A stretch of 64,000 nt of DNA from Octopus vulgaris (Eukaryota): NCBI GenBank assembly GCA_951406725.2, contig OX597814.1, positions 54,622,001 to 54,686,000 on the forward strand, in the 5' to 3' direction. Of the stretch, positions 42,046 to 54,061 are shown one piece after another. Every line of letters begins with the position of its first letter. Position 1 is the stretch's first letter. The notes under the pieces were generated by a model that made no database searches, was not told where the DNA came from, and saw only the letters and a list, made by a program, of their open reading frames with translations. A program made the translations under genes and the position numbers.

Positions 42046-42240
42046 ACTCTTGGCACAAGGCCCGAAATTTTTGGGAGGGAGCCAGTCGATCAGATCGACC
42101 CCAGTATGCAAGTGGCACTTAATTTATCGACCCCGAAAGGACGAAAGGCAAAGTCGACCTCGGTGGAATTTGAACTCAGAACGTAAAGACAGACGAAATA
42201 CAGCTAAGCATTCCGCCCGGCGTGCTAACGTTTCTACCAG
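42046..42240 (-). mobile_element. SINE family 3
   Basis: Reverse-complement match to the family consensus (TCGACCCCGAAAGGACGAAAGGCAAAGTCGACCTCGG). Confidence 0.85.
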
Positions 42241-42739
42241 AAACTTAGTAATCATTAGTCCGATGTTTTCTATTAATTTACTTTTTATTTTGGACACCAG
42301 CTATAAAAAAGTATTTAACCACGTGAGAGGATGCGTTGTACATTCATATTGCGGTCGCGTTAAACACGCCCTATGAAATTCATTATATATCCTGACTCGA
42401 CCGATAACATTTTTATTGCTGTTCGAATTATCTATGAACAATGTCATTACATAGTGCTAGTTTTAAGGTCAACTACATTTGTCTTCTTTGTAGTAAAATT
42501 TCGTTTCGTTTTGGTGTTACTCAAAAGAATGTTTTGTTATGTTTGCCCTGAACGTTCATTTGCTTTTTTATTTTCGTATGTCTGTATGCTATTTAAAGAA
42601 TATTTTTGTGCGTAATAATTGCTTCGATCATATATTATAAGTATCACTGATTTGGTTTAATTTTATTTGTATTCAAAAGTTCATTCTACTGCTTTTGTTT
42701 GCCTCACATATGTACTTCACTATGCATATATTATACATT

Positions 42740-42852
42740 CTTTCAACCTTTCGGGGTCAATGAAATAAGTGCCAGTTGAACACTGGGTTGAAGTAATCAA
42801 CTAGCACCCTCCCCCCAAATTTCAGGCCTTAAGACTACAGTATAAAGGATTA
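42740..42852 (+). mobile_element. SINE family 3, 3' fragment
   Basis: CTTTCGGGGTCAA...CCAGTTGAACACTGGG...CCCCAAATTTCAGGCCTT. Confidence 0.65.
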
Positions 42853-42869
42853 TTGCATTATTTACATTA

Positions 42870-42990
42870 TTTACATTTGACGGATATTTGTCCTCATCTT
42901 ATTTGTTGTTAACACAACGTTTCGGCTGATATACCATCCAGCCTTCATCTTAGGGAAACCTGGGTTCTCATTCCTAAGGTATTTTTCGAA

Positions 42991-43060
<70 letters not shown>

Positions 43061-43081
43061 TCACTGCTTGGAATCGATTCC

Positions 43082-43136
<55 letters not shown>

Positions 43137-43169
43137 TCGAAAAATACTTTAGGAATGAGAAACCAGGTT
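42870..43169. mobile_element. Penelope-like terminal fragment with inverted duplication spanning (TTA)n/(TAA)n
   Basis: Arms 42957-42989 and 43137-43169 are reverse complements, extended inward by complementary (TTA)n and (TAA)n. Minus-strand hammerhead remnant GAUGA-AGGCUG...CAGCC-GAAA-CGUUGUGUUA at ~42910-42949 (CU of the core lost). Confidence 0.6.
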
Positions 43170-43234
43170 CCAAAAGGTATCTTGTCCAATGTGATAAGAA
43201 TTCTGCCAATCTAGGACAATTATAATTGTTTCTA

Positions 43235-43442
43235 ATTCATGTTCGAGGCCATCAGTTTGGTGGAGAGAGAGTTAGTTGATATCATCAATTCCAGTACTTA
43301 ACGGGTACTTTATTTTATCGACCCAGGAAAGATGAAAGACGAAAGTTGAATTCGGCGTGATTTGAACTCACAATGTAAAACAATGTAGCTAAATAATACA
43401 AAAGAATTTTCTCGGCATTCTGTCAATTCTGTTAACTCACGT
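43235..43442 (-). mobile_element. SINE family 3, diverged
   Basis: TTATTTTATCGACCC.GGAAAGATGAAAG...TTTGAACTCA matches the family. Confidence 0.7.
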
Positions 43443-44067
43443 AGCGATAGTAAAATAAAAATTAAAAATGAGACTAGCAAAAATTTTCCACTGAATGACT
43501 TAGCCAAAACTAGAAGCTGAATTTAAACAATTAGCTTAGGAGGCGAGGCCCTACAAAATATAGGAAACATGACTAAATAATACCAGTGGATCAATGTAAT
43601 AAAATAACTTAACCAAACATAAAGTAATCTTAATGATTCAACACCTACGAAACAAAATGAATAAGTACTTTCCTATCTTATCTTAAAGAGACATAAATGT
43701 AACACTTTATTTGTAATATTGCAATCAGGTGACGTATAATATAAAGAAGCAAGTAGAAATGAGATACTCAAATCAAAACATATATATATCAGTGTTCCTC
43801 AATATATTGACTAAATAGAAATATAATATTACATACATCAAGTAAAAAGCTGTTATTTGATCAATGATAGAGAACATCAGAGAATGAGTTTAGTGAGAAC
43901 GCTTAGAGATATACGTAACACGAAAAGAAAAAAACGCCTTTTAAAATGGTTCGCATTTCAATGATGCTTATTGTCAGTTCTAACTACACAATGAAATGGC
44001 GATTTTTTATGTAAATTAAATGTAGATAAAAAATACTATGTATCGGTTTTAATATGACCAATTAGAG

Positions 44068-44272
44068 AAGGTAGTGTGCTGGTAGAAACGTTAGCGTGTC
44101 GGACACAATGCTTTTCGGCATTTCTTCCAACTCTTTAGTTTCTGAGTTCAAATCCCACCTGAGGTCGATTTTTTGCCTTTCATCTATTCTCGGTCGGGAA
44201 AATTAAGTACTAGTCAAGTACTGAGTTCGAGGCAATCGACTTGCATTCGTCCCTTTGAAGTTGCTGGAATTG
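44068..44272 (+). mobile_element. SINE family 3
   Basis: GCTGGTAGAAACGTTAGC...GAGTTCAAATCCC..GAGGTCGA..GCCTTTCATC. Confidence 0.75.
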
Positions 44273-45644
44273 AAAATTATGTCCAGACTCGATGTATGAA
44301 AATAATCGTAAAATTTCGAGATGTCATGTAAATTTATTGCACTGTCTGTCATAAAGTGCCAAAGAGAAGATTACTTCTGATGACGTGAGATAAATTGAAA
44401 GCTGTATAGTTTTGGAAGTTAAATTCGGCTATTAATATGTACATAATCAGAAATGATGTATAGCATACTAGTTTCTGAGAAAGCACTTCTACAGTGTGAA
44501 TTAAGCAGACATAGTGACACGTCTTTCAATCCTTAGCCTAGAAATTTCTAAAATTTTACACGAGTGCAACATTCATAAATGAAGTACCCCAAGCTTCTCA
44601 CCAACTAAAAATACAAAGGATAGCAACTAACGACAGTCACAGTCTCATGAATATAGAAGGATCAGTCTCCAATATAGAAGGATCAAAATTACTATTATAA
44701 AATGACTGAGTGGATAAGGTTTTGGACCAACTGTTCAAAACTGCGAGCGAAATATACTGTAAATATTTTGTTGTTTCTGGGAAAGACACTCTATTCTTCA
44801 TTGTCTCTGTTCATCTAGCTCTCAGGCGAATTTATGTACCAGATCCTCTGGACGTGTTATCTGTACTAGGGGACACTTTCTTTTACCTACTTAAGCTTGT
44901 AACATTGGAGCTAAGTACCAGCTCGTAAAGCTATTTAGTAGATATTTACATCGAGCTTTATGAACAAAGAAAATATTTACAAAATATTAACAGGAATAAA
45001 CGAAACACTAATTATTTTGTTAAAAAGTAAATGGGGGAATATGACAAAATCAATGAAGGCTCCACAATTGTATTCTGGATAATTGTAAATATACCAAAAT
45101 TGTGAGCAGCATTTTGTCAATAAGACATCACCAAAAGCAAAAGTGCATTTAGGCATAATTTCTAATATTCTGTTGTCGGGGCATACTATCAGCATTACGA
45201 GAAAAGACAACAAGATATTTACAGAGAAAAAATATGCAAAGAGCTGCAAGTTTCCAAATAAGATAAGGAATGCATGTAGAGGCCAAAGGCAGTGATAGAT
45301 AAATAATAGCTGAATCCTTCGAGGTATGTAAGTAAACAGCGAAATAGCGATAAGAAACTACTTTGCTATCAAAGATAAACATGCCAGAGGCTGTACATTG
45401 ATAAATGGGAAATACACATATACAAATGTACATGTGTACACAAACACACATATCAGATTAAAATCTATAACGATAATAAAAGAAATTCTTTAATAATTAG
45501 CATATTGTAGATTACAAAAATTAACGAATGTGGGTTTCGAAACCATGTACTACGTATCATAATGCGATATGTTGGTTATCGTGAATATCAATTAAATTGA
45601 ACTGTGCATGCGTGAAATTGAGATGAAATTAACTGATTTCTTAT

Positions 45645-45806
45645 CGCAGGCGTAGCTGTGTGGTAAGAAGTTTGCTTCCCATGCACATGGCTCCGAATTC
45701 AGTCCTACTGCGTGGCACATTGGGCAAGTGACTCCTATTATAACCTCGGCCTGACCAAAGCCTTCTGAGTGGATTTGGTAGACGGAAACTAAAAGAAGCC
45801 CGTCGT
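45645..45806 (+). mobile_element. SINE family 2, 5' part
   Basis: GCAGGCGTAGCTGTGTGGTAAG...GGATTTGGTAGACGGAAACTAAAAGAAGCCCGTCG aligns with the 17679 copy. Confidence 0.8.
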
Positions 45807-46191
45807 ACACACACACACGCACACACACACATATATATACACATGTGTGCGTGTGTGTATAACACAAATATAAATATATATATATACACACCGCGTAAGA
45901 GAAATAGCAGATAAATACTGAGAGTTAAATTAATACTTTAAGTCTTTTCTGCTAAGGTGAAATGAAAATAACTTTTAATGTAAAAGTATATCGCTATCTT
46001 GTATACTGTAATAGTATATGTGTATCTTGATAAAGATGGTGCTGTTACTACTATTACTACTACGACGACAATGATACTTTCTTATACCAACACAAGGCTG
46101 CATATTTTATGAGAAAATATGTCGTCTGTATATTCTGTATATTATTTATTGTAAATTACTTTAGTTCCACTTTAACCAATGCCTTAATAAT

Positions 46192-46736
46192 GATTTCAAA
46201 TTTTGGCACGAGGACAAGGTGGTGAGATGGCAGAAACGTTAGCGCGCCGGGCGAAATGCGTTGCCGTATTTCGTCTGCCGTTACGTTGTGAGTTCAAATT
46301 CCGCCGAGGTCGACTTTGCCTTTCATCCTTTCGATATAATCAACTTAATCCGTTTGTCTGTCCCTGTTTGTCCTCTCTATGTTTAAATTCCGCCGACTTT
46401 GCCTTTCATCCTTTCGGGGTCGAGAAATTAAGTACCACTTGCGTACTGGGGTCGATCTAATCGACCCCCCCCCCACCTACCCAAAAAAAGAAAAAAAATT
46501 CCGGGCCTTGCACCTAGAGTAAAAAGGATTTTTTGCACGAGGACAGCAACTTTTGGGAGCGGGTAAGTCGATTAAATCGATTCTAGTATTCAATTAGTAT
46601 TTATTTTATCGAACCCAAAAAGATGAAAGGTAAAGTCGATCTCGGCAGAATTTGAACTTAAAAACGTAAAGATGGACAAAATGTCGTTACGCATTTTGCC
46701 AGGCGTGATAACGATTCTGCAAGCTCCCCACCTTAT
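46192..46736. mobile_element. Nested SINE family 3 pair (plus copy inside minus copy) with two target-site duplications
   Basis: Outer TSD CCA(A/G)TGCCTTAATAAT at 46176-46191 / 46737-46752; inner TSD TTTT(G/T)GCACGAGGACA at 46201-46216 / 46530-46545. Confidence 0.8.
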
Positions 46737-49512
46737 CCAGTGCCTTAATAATAAAACAATAATGTTATACATAGGCATACAGTCGTAGATTTAGTGGAAG
46801 AGAGGCACGCAGTCAGAGAAATGCTTGCGGCGACAACGTAGCAATGTAATGTTCGTGCATTTCTTGCGTTCTAATTTATTATAGCTCTTACGAAGTTGTT
46901 ACAGCAGTGAACCGGTGATCTTTGTAAAGTTTACATAACTACAAATTGTATTGATCATAGAAATTAATAAAGCTTGATATTTTCAAGTACTATTTTTATT
47001 TTTGTTAAGTTTGAGGATAGAGTCATACCTGTTATATTGATGTTTAGATTAAGAATTTTATGTCGACTAAGGAGTATTATTATTGTTTAGACTACAACAT
47101 GCTAGCAAAGAAAGTTGGAAAACATGACATTTAGTTCTGATCTTTTTTAAGGCTAATACTTTGCTCTTTTGTCTGTAGATATTTTATCTTCAGGCTAGAA
47201 GTTTGTTTTCATATGACGTTGATTTACAGTATATACACTTTAGCTAATATATGAATTGGATATCTAGTAAACCACTGTATTTTTTGGGGGCTTCTACAAA
47301 AACCTTTCATCTTTATCTCGCGTATATAAAACAGCTAACTGGATGTAATTAAAACATTGCAAAGAAGCGAAATACACTTCAGTGTAACAGATTCTTACAA
47401 AGATGATCTACATCTCATAACTCTGAAACTTTACTGGCCCAGATAAATAATCTTTAATGAGTTGTGGGATATCATTGAAATTTTCTCGTCATGTGACGTT
47501 TACAATTCCCCAAATTGTAATATTTGGCGGAACTAAAAGATCGGATACAGTAAAATCGTTGAGTGTTCCGTCTGAGGATCGTAACTTGTCCGTGAAATGT
47601 CTTCATTTGTTTATCAGAACTTGCGGGTACTTAGAGAGTTATCATAAGAGTGGATTAACGAATATTAGTTAAGTAATAAAAATCTCGGGTTACAATTCTG
47701 ATCAAAAATATTTTCCCTGGTCCTAATCTCCAACAGAAAAAATTTAAATAGTAAACATTAGTAAAACTGTTGATATTCGCTTTATATTCTATCAAATAAA
47801 TTTTACTGTCAATTCACATTTCATTTTAAGATCAGGGTTTGGAATGCTAAAATATATTTATCTTAATGTCGAAATATTGAATAAAGCTAGTTTTGTCACA
47901 TTCCGTTGAAACTCCACTTTTTTAACATTTGTATTTATGTACAGAAATGACAATGCTTCAAGCAGATCAAGAGATCTTGTTTTGTATATTTTAGTTTAAG
48001 TAGAATACAATTAATCGTATCAAAACAATTTGAAATCTATCCTACTTAATGAAACGGATTAAAGTTATTGTCTTTTTACCAACGATATTTTTTTTTATCA
48101 ATAAAATGTTACTAGTGCTATCAGTGAGAATATTTAAAGACTCTTCCATACAAAAATAGCGAAGCGAAAACACAAAGAATATCAGACAACGCGTGTTAAA
48201 ACAAATACACAAATAAAGAGAATGACCTTTATGATACAATGATTTCTGAAGGAGAGAATGATTTAGTTGTAAGTGAACTTTTTTGTGGATATCTTTCACA
48301 AAAAGATAATAAACGCGGGCAGCAAGCTAATTTTTTTCTTGGCTACAAAAACAAATTAACCTCCAAAGCTAAATCAGCTAGTAATAGCAATTTTATTTCA
48401 AAACAAAAGACATATTAGCAAAGAGAACCGAGTTGAACTTTATTAAATTATAGTTGAGATCTCAGAGGTTTACTTTCGTAAAATCATACAACTATTAATG
48501 ACTACATAATTAAACAGTTTATTAATTAGCAATAAGGAGAAAATGACGTGGCGTGAAGGAGTGGCAATAAATGCAACACTGGGATTGAGAGATGTTAAGG
48601 CGACTTTGTTATAAATAAAGTCGTTACATGGCCGCTCGACCTGCTAAAATTAACAGTTAAATCTTCATCAATCCATTCTTTATTGCGGGTGCATATTAAA
48701 TTGTGTGATCTTTTTGGCATTATTGAGGCGCAAGACGAATTAATCACAGCTAAAATGCTTTTATTATCAGTCAGCCTAACTAATGTTCGACCAGTGACAA
48801 ACAATAGCGATGCACAAGTTTCCCCAAAGAGAAACAACAATAAAAAAAGTAGCCATTCAAGTCCAAGTCTTTAGAAAATTAATTAATTGTTATTAGAAAC
48901 ATATATTTAATTACTAATACTTAAAAAGGATTGTTTCTGATTAGAGACTGTCTAAATCATACAAATAAATATTCTCATGTTGTAGCTTTTCCCCACTTCT
49001 TTGATGTTTTCATAATTTCATCTGCTTTTGTTTTTATATAAAAGAGCAATGATTAAGTGATTAATATATTTCACACCTAATAGGTAGGATTTCACTGACT
49101 TAATAGAGAGTCGTTAGAATTCCTTGTGACGTTTGCCTCATCTATATGCTATCTGAGTTTAACTCATGCCAAGATCAACTTGTGGAGAGTTGCACGGTAT
49201 GTCGTGCAGTATCTGTTGCGGTAGTTTGTATTTTAGAGAAGAAACTCCCGCGAAAGCACTGGTACTTAACTATTTTAATCCTCAATCCTTGTCATTTTCT
49301 TGGTGTTGAGAAAGGGAGTCTTTCTTATATGGTTGATTGTTGATCTTCCATTAAAAAAGACGCTTGCCCAGGTTTGCGCTTTAGAGAACGTATAAGGAGT
49401 AAATCTTTAGTTTTCTAATACATAAAATATAGCACCAATCAAGTACTGGGGTCGATATAATCGACCAGCCCCTGTCACCAAAGTTTTAGACTTTGAGTCT
49501 ATAGTAGAAAGA

Positions 49513-49547
<35 letters not shown>

Positions 49548-49674
49548 TATTATTATTGTTAGTGAAGCCTCATGGCTAACTGGTTAGGGTGTCCATCCCT
49601 CGTTTACAGTACTGTGGGTTCAATTCTTGGAGGAAGGCATATATATACTGGAGCCACATTTTAGTGGCTCCAGT

Positions 49675-49714
<40 letters not shown>

Positions 49715-50855
49715 AACAACAAATAACAAATATTTCACGTTTGTTCATAAAACTCGCCAGTGTGATTTGAAGGGAGTTTGAGGGCAGGCTGACTTTTCCT
49801 TTAAGTAGGTCGAACGACAGTACAGTGGCTCCATTTTTGGTCTATCCATTTACAGACTTCTCGACAAAATTGGTGGAATAGTAGATGGGTTAGTACTCAT
49901 AAATTCTTTTGCACAAAAGACATTCGTATTCTTTGTAAAATTTATTGAAGGTAACAACTTGACTAGTTTGTAGAATATTTAATTAACTTTCCATATAATT
50001 GTGTAAGGGAGTAAGTGATGGATCAACTTGAGAAGGCAATACTTCAATTTCCTACAGATTTTTTGACACTTACTAAATAATTCAGCTTCAGACAGTTCTG
50101 TTTGAACAAGCCAATAAACATAAAAGCGATCATAAAATTACGAACTACATTTCACTTTTAAGTATTACATTTTTTCTAATGAATTTATTGAGCCAAAATC
50201 TGAAGGCTATAATTAGTAAAAGAGTAAATGCCAGACAGAAATGAAGTATTGAATAATTATTTGAAATGTTCCTTTTACATGAAATCATTGCCTTTTTCTT
50301 TCTAAGTATAAGTGATCATATTTTTTAAACGAAAGAGAATAGGGTCCTGCATCTTTTATTACTTTTTCATTAGTTGTATAGCTACCACGAACTGGCTTTA
50401 ACTGAGGATTAAAACTAGTTATTCTTGGGTTCCTGTGAGATCTTGCTGTTTACTATTCGATAACTTGATGCATTAACATTTTAAAATTTCATTCGAGAAT
50501 TTGTTCTTTAAAAGCATTTATATGTCTATCTGGAATGAAGTGATTTAATAGCCTCTTGCATATTTTGAAAAGTAATTTAGGCGGCGCATAGAGATTAAGA
50601 AACGACCTTGTGGCAAAGGTAAAGGAAAATGACTCGTACGTTGCAACTACATATTCCATTCCAGCACAATAAAATTATCTTACCCTGACGAAACTTACCT
50701 AACACAGAGTTGCCTCTTAAGCAAGGAGAGATTTATCTCTCTTCTGTTTAATATTACAAGCATTTTTGGATTTGCACCGGCTCGGTAGAGTTTAGTTTTT
50801 TTTAAAAAGATCAATTAATCCTAAAGGCATTGTAAATGTATACATACATACATAC

Positions 50856-51365
50856 ATACATGCATACATACATACATACATACATACATACGTACATATG
50901 TACGTACACATAAATATATATATTCATGCAAACACAAATACACACACACACACGCACACACACATATACTTATGGAGAGTCGCTCAAACTTTCCTAAAAA
51001 GGAGCGGGTTACACCAGACTGAGCACATAAATGTGAAACAAGGTGGAAAAAATAGGACTCGAATACCGGAGGTAGAGTAATATGCTTTATTAATAAAGCA
51101 TATATATATATATATATATATATGCTTTATTAATAAAGCATAATACTCTACCTCCGGTATTCGAGTCCTATTTTTTCCACCTTGTTTCACATTTATGTGC
51201 TCAGTCTGGTGTAACCCGCTCCTTTTTAGGAAAGTTTGAGCGACTCTCCATAAGTATATGTGTGTGTGCGTGTGTGTGTGTATTTGTGTTTGCATGAATA
51301 TATATATTTATGTGTACGTACGTATGTACGTATGTATGTATGTATGTATGTATGTATGTATGTAT
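50856..51365. repeat. ~510-bp near-perfect palindrome centred on a (TA)n tract
   Basis: Arms of ~255 bp pair around 51111-51112, with about two substitutions and a 2-nt (CA) length difference. Each arm carries a nested hairpin TATGCTTTATTAATAAAGCATA. It explains the mirror ORFs 50898..51080(+) and 50984..51295(-). Confidence 0.92.
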
Positions 51366-51618
51366 TCGGGAGTAAATCCAAACTTACAGGGAAAAATTAG
51401 ATTTAGGATTAAATCTAATTTTACAGTATAAATATGAATTAAATTAGAGATAAAACCACTATTAGGCAAATCAAACAGTGACTATAACCATAATTCGAAT
51501 TATTAATTGAATTTAAATTATTGTTATTCGAATTAGGTTATGGGCATGAAACGATCGTAGTGGTTTTACTTTTTATCTTATTAAACATTTTAATACTTTT
51601 TGATAGTTATATATAATT

Positions 51619-51657
<39 letters not shown>

Positions 51658-51839
51658 ATTTCTAAATATAAATTAATAATTTTAAATTTTTAACTTTAAA
51701 TTTAAATAATTTAAATTTTGAATTTTATATTTTATATATTTTGTATATTATATTAATTAATTTTATTTCTATGTTTTGGTTTATGTTTTTCACTGTTTGA
51801 TTTGCCTAATAGTGGTTTTATCTCTAATTTAATTTATAT
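51366..51839. mobile_element. Fold-back cassette with hammerhead 3' half
   Basis: Inverted repeat 51432-51481 / 51790-51839. An internal hairpin ATAACC-ATAATTCGAAT...ATTCGAATTA-GGTTAT is followed by GAAA-CGATCG-TA (51548-51559); no CUGANGA box. Microsatellite flanks. Confidence 0.5.
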
Positions 51840-51938
51840 ATATATATATATATATGTACACACACGTACACACACACACATATATATATATATATATGAA
51901 TATGTGTTTGTATGCATAACTAAAGAAATGACAAGATA

Positions 51939-51983
51939 GGTTTCGCTGAGGAAGCCTAATAAGACTGAAACATGTATAGATTT
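51939..51983 (+). ncRNA. Degenerate hammerhead-like motif
   Basis: CUGAGGA-AGCC-UAAUAA-GACU-GAAA-CAU-GUA with palindromic ACAUGU. Stem II has one mismatch and stem I is poor. Confidence 0.45.
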
Positions 51984-52477
51984 TTCACCTTATTTTCAAA
52001 AATTAAAATCTTACTCCATTGTTTTCATTCAGATTTTAATTAATTGGGATTTTGGGATTTTGGAGTAGTTTTCTTTCTTTGCGTGACAGAAATTAATCAT
52101 TATAATCAATGTTTTTTATTTATTAAAATTAAGGATTCAATAGGAGTGTTATCATAACTAATTAAGCATTTTCTCTGGGGTTCAGTAAAATTTGCATGAT
52201 AGTCTTCACTTAACAATAATTGTTTTTTCCCATACAAATACAATGCCTTTATGTTAAGTTATACTACCTTACACCACTGTATCAATAATATACCAATCAT
52301 AAATAATAATAATAAAAAACTGGAGGAAATGTATTAAGTGGCCGTTTTGAGTTAAACATTCCAACTTTTAAAAATCAGGCCTGAAAACTTTGTTAAAACT
52401 TTACTCACAGTTTTCATTTAAGATCTTGAAATTTCATTTAATATCCAATTAGGGAAATGAATGAAAATCAAACTTAC

Positions 52478-52693
52478 CTGAGCTTTGTCGCAATCGCCTT
52501 TGCAAGATCCTTTCGGATTGATTATAGCCTCAGCCTCGTCATTCCATTTTTTCACAGCCGTTTTGACAAGACCTTTCAGATCATCTTTCTCAGAATCGTA
52601 GTACATGTTTTGTCCAAAATATTTATCGTATTCTTTATAATCACAAGTTAAAGACCATGTTCCAGCAGCAGAACTCAAACCATCATCCCAAAC
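52478..52693 (-). CDS. CAP/SCP-domain (CRISP/PR-1/GLIPR-like) protein, internal coding exon A
   Basis: 216-nt stop-free exon with a polypyrimidine acceptor (ttttgtttcttttcaag|GTT) and a CAG|gtaagt donor, phase 0-0. Translation VWDDGLSSAAGTWSLTCDYKEYDKYFGQNMYYDSEKDDLKGLVKTAVKKWNDEAEAIINPKGSCKGDCDKAQ matches CAP motifs W-D-x-x-L-x3-A..C, G(E/Q)N, AVxxWxxE, C..C..Q. Confidence 0.88.
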
Positions 52694-53084
52694 CTTGAAA
52701 AGAAACAAAATGAAAACATGTAAATATGTCGGTCAACATAGATAGACAATAACTCGTAAGCTTAACTTATATATATATCATATGCATTAATCCTATATTA
52801 AATACGTACTGATTATACGGTTCATGATGTTTACACTTAGGTCATAGAAACAGTTGTAGAATATAATCAGAAAATTTTAAAATATCATTGACATCCCTTT
52901 TTTCTATTCTTTGAAATATCTTTCACTGAACTCATTCCTGCTATAGAAAATAATATATTGAAGTAGTAATAATAGAGTTTAATGGTAATGTAAGGAACCG
53001 AGCTCTTAAATTTAGGTTAGCTCACCATTTTTCGGTCTATTTAAAAAAAAATGATGCTTCAAATCGGAAAAATAAATATCATTA

Positions 53085-53125
<41 letters not shown>

Positions 53126-53127
<2 letters not shown>

Positions 53128-53545
53128 GGCTGCCCCCTTGTTATCGAGTATTGCCATTGCACGAAAAAGATCTACGATGTCTTGTACAAAATTGGCAACT
53201 AAAACCTTTACTGGTAATAGCCAGCTGTAGTTGTAACTGGGCTTCGTGTACCTTTGCATGTCGTTTAAGTCCTCCTGCCGAATTACACTCTCTTCCACAT
53301 GCCCGACAGATATGATTAGTATGGCGTGTTACACCACCACCAGTGGCCAGGTTGTCACTCATCTGTCTTGTTTTATGATTACGAAGAAGACTCATGAGTC
53401 CAGCTTTACTGAGGCAGGGTCTTGCACAGACATTGCATGTCAGAATCAAAGGAAGACCCTTCCCTTCTGGAAGTGTAACAGCGATGCCCTTCCTGACACC
53501 CCTCCTTACTTTCTCATGTGCAACCGAAGCGACAGTTTTTAAAAT
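53126..53545 (-). mobile_element. 3' end of an RTE-like LINE with tandem C2H2 zinc fingers
   Basis: CNVCARPCLSKAGLMSLLRNH, CRACGRECNSAGGLKRHAKVH and a truncated CQFC. No splice signals or TGEKP linkers; an in-frame stop lies upstream; it runs into a (TA)n tail at 53086-53125. Confidence 0.6.
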
Positions 53546-53852
53546 TGGCCGAAGAAGGATGAGCTAATCTAAATTTATATTGGCAGTTGATATTACCGAA
53601 CTGCCCAGGTGTCTAAACCACAGTGACATCCGTTTAGCAGCTGATAATGGAATATATAAATATATTTTATATGTCTGTTTGGGAATATTTTATGTCTTGG
53701 GATCTCTTATTGGGTTGTCCTTTATTCTCGTAGAATTGAAAGTGTTTGTGAGTCCGTGGTTTATGGTGATTACTTATATTGATATTGGTTCATTTATTTC
53801 ATATTAGACTTGGATAACGCTTAGATAATGTCATCTAGTTTCGGTGGGGGTT

Positions 53853-54060
<208 letters not shown>

Positions 54061-54061
54061 A

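Noticed and set aside
50685-50715. CTGACGA followed by an AACT...AGTT stem as a hammerhead
   Set aside because: No GAAA box or cleavage triplet follows the stem.
53026-53036. 11-nt micro-exon ending ATG|gtgag upstream of CAP exon A
   Set aside because: Too short to distinguish from chance. The expected upstream CAP exon (HN..R...NM) was not found in the window.
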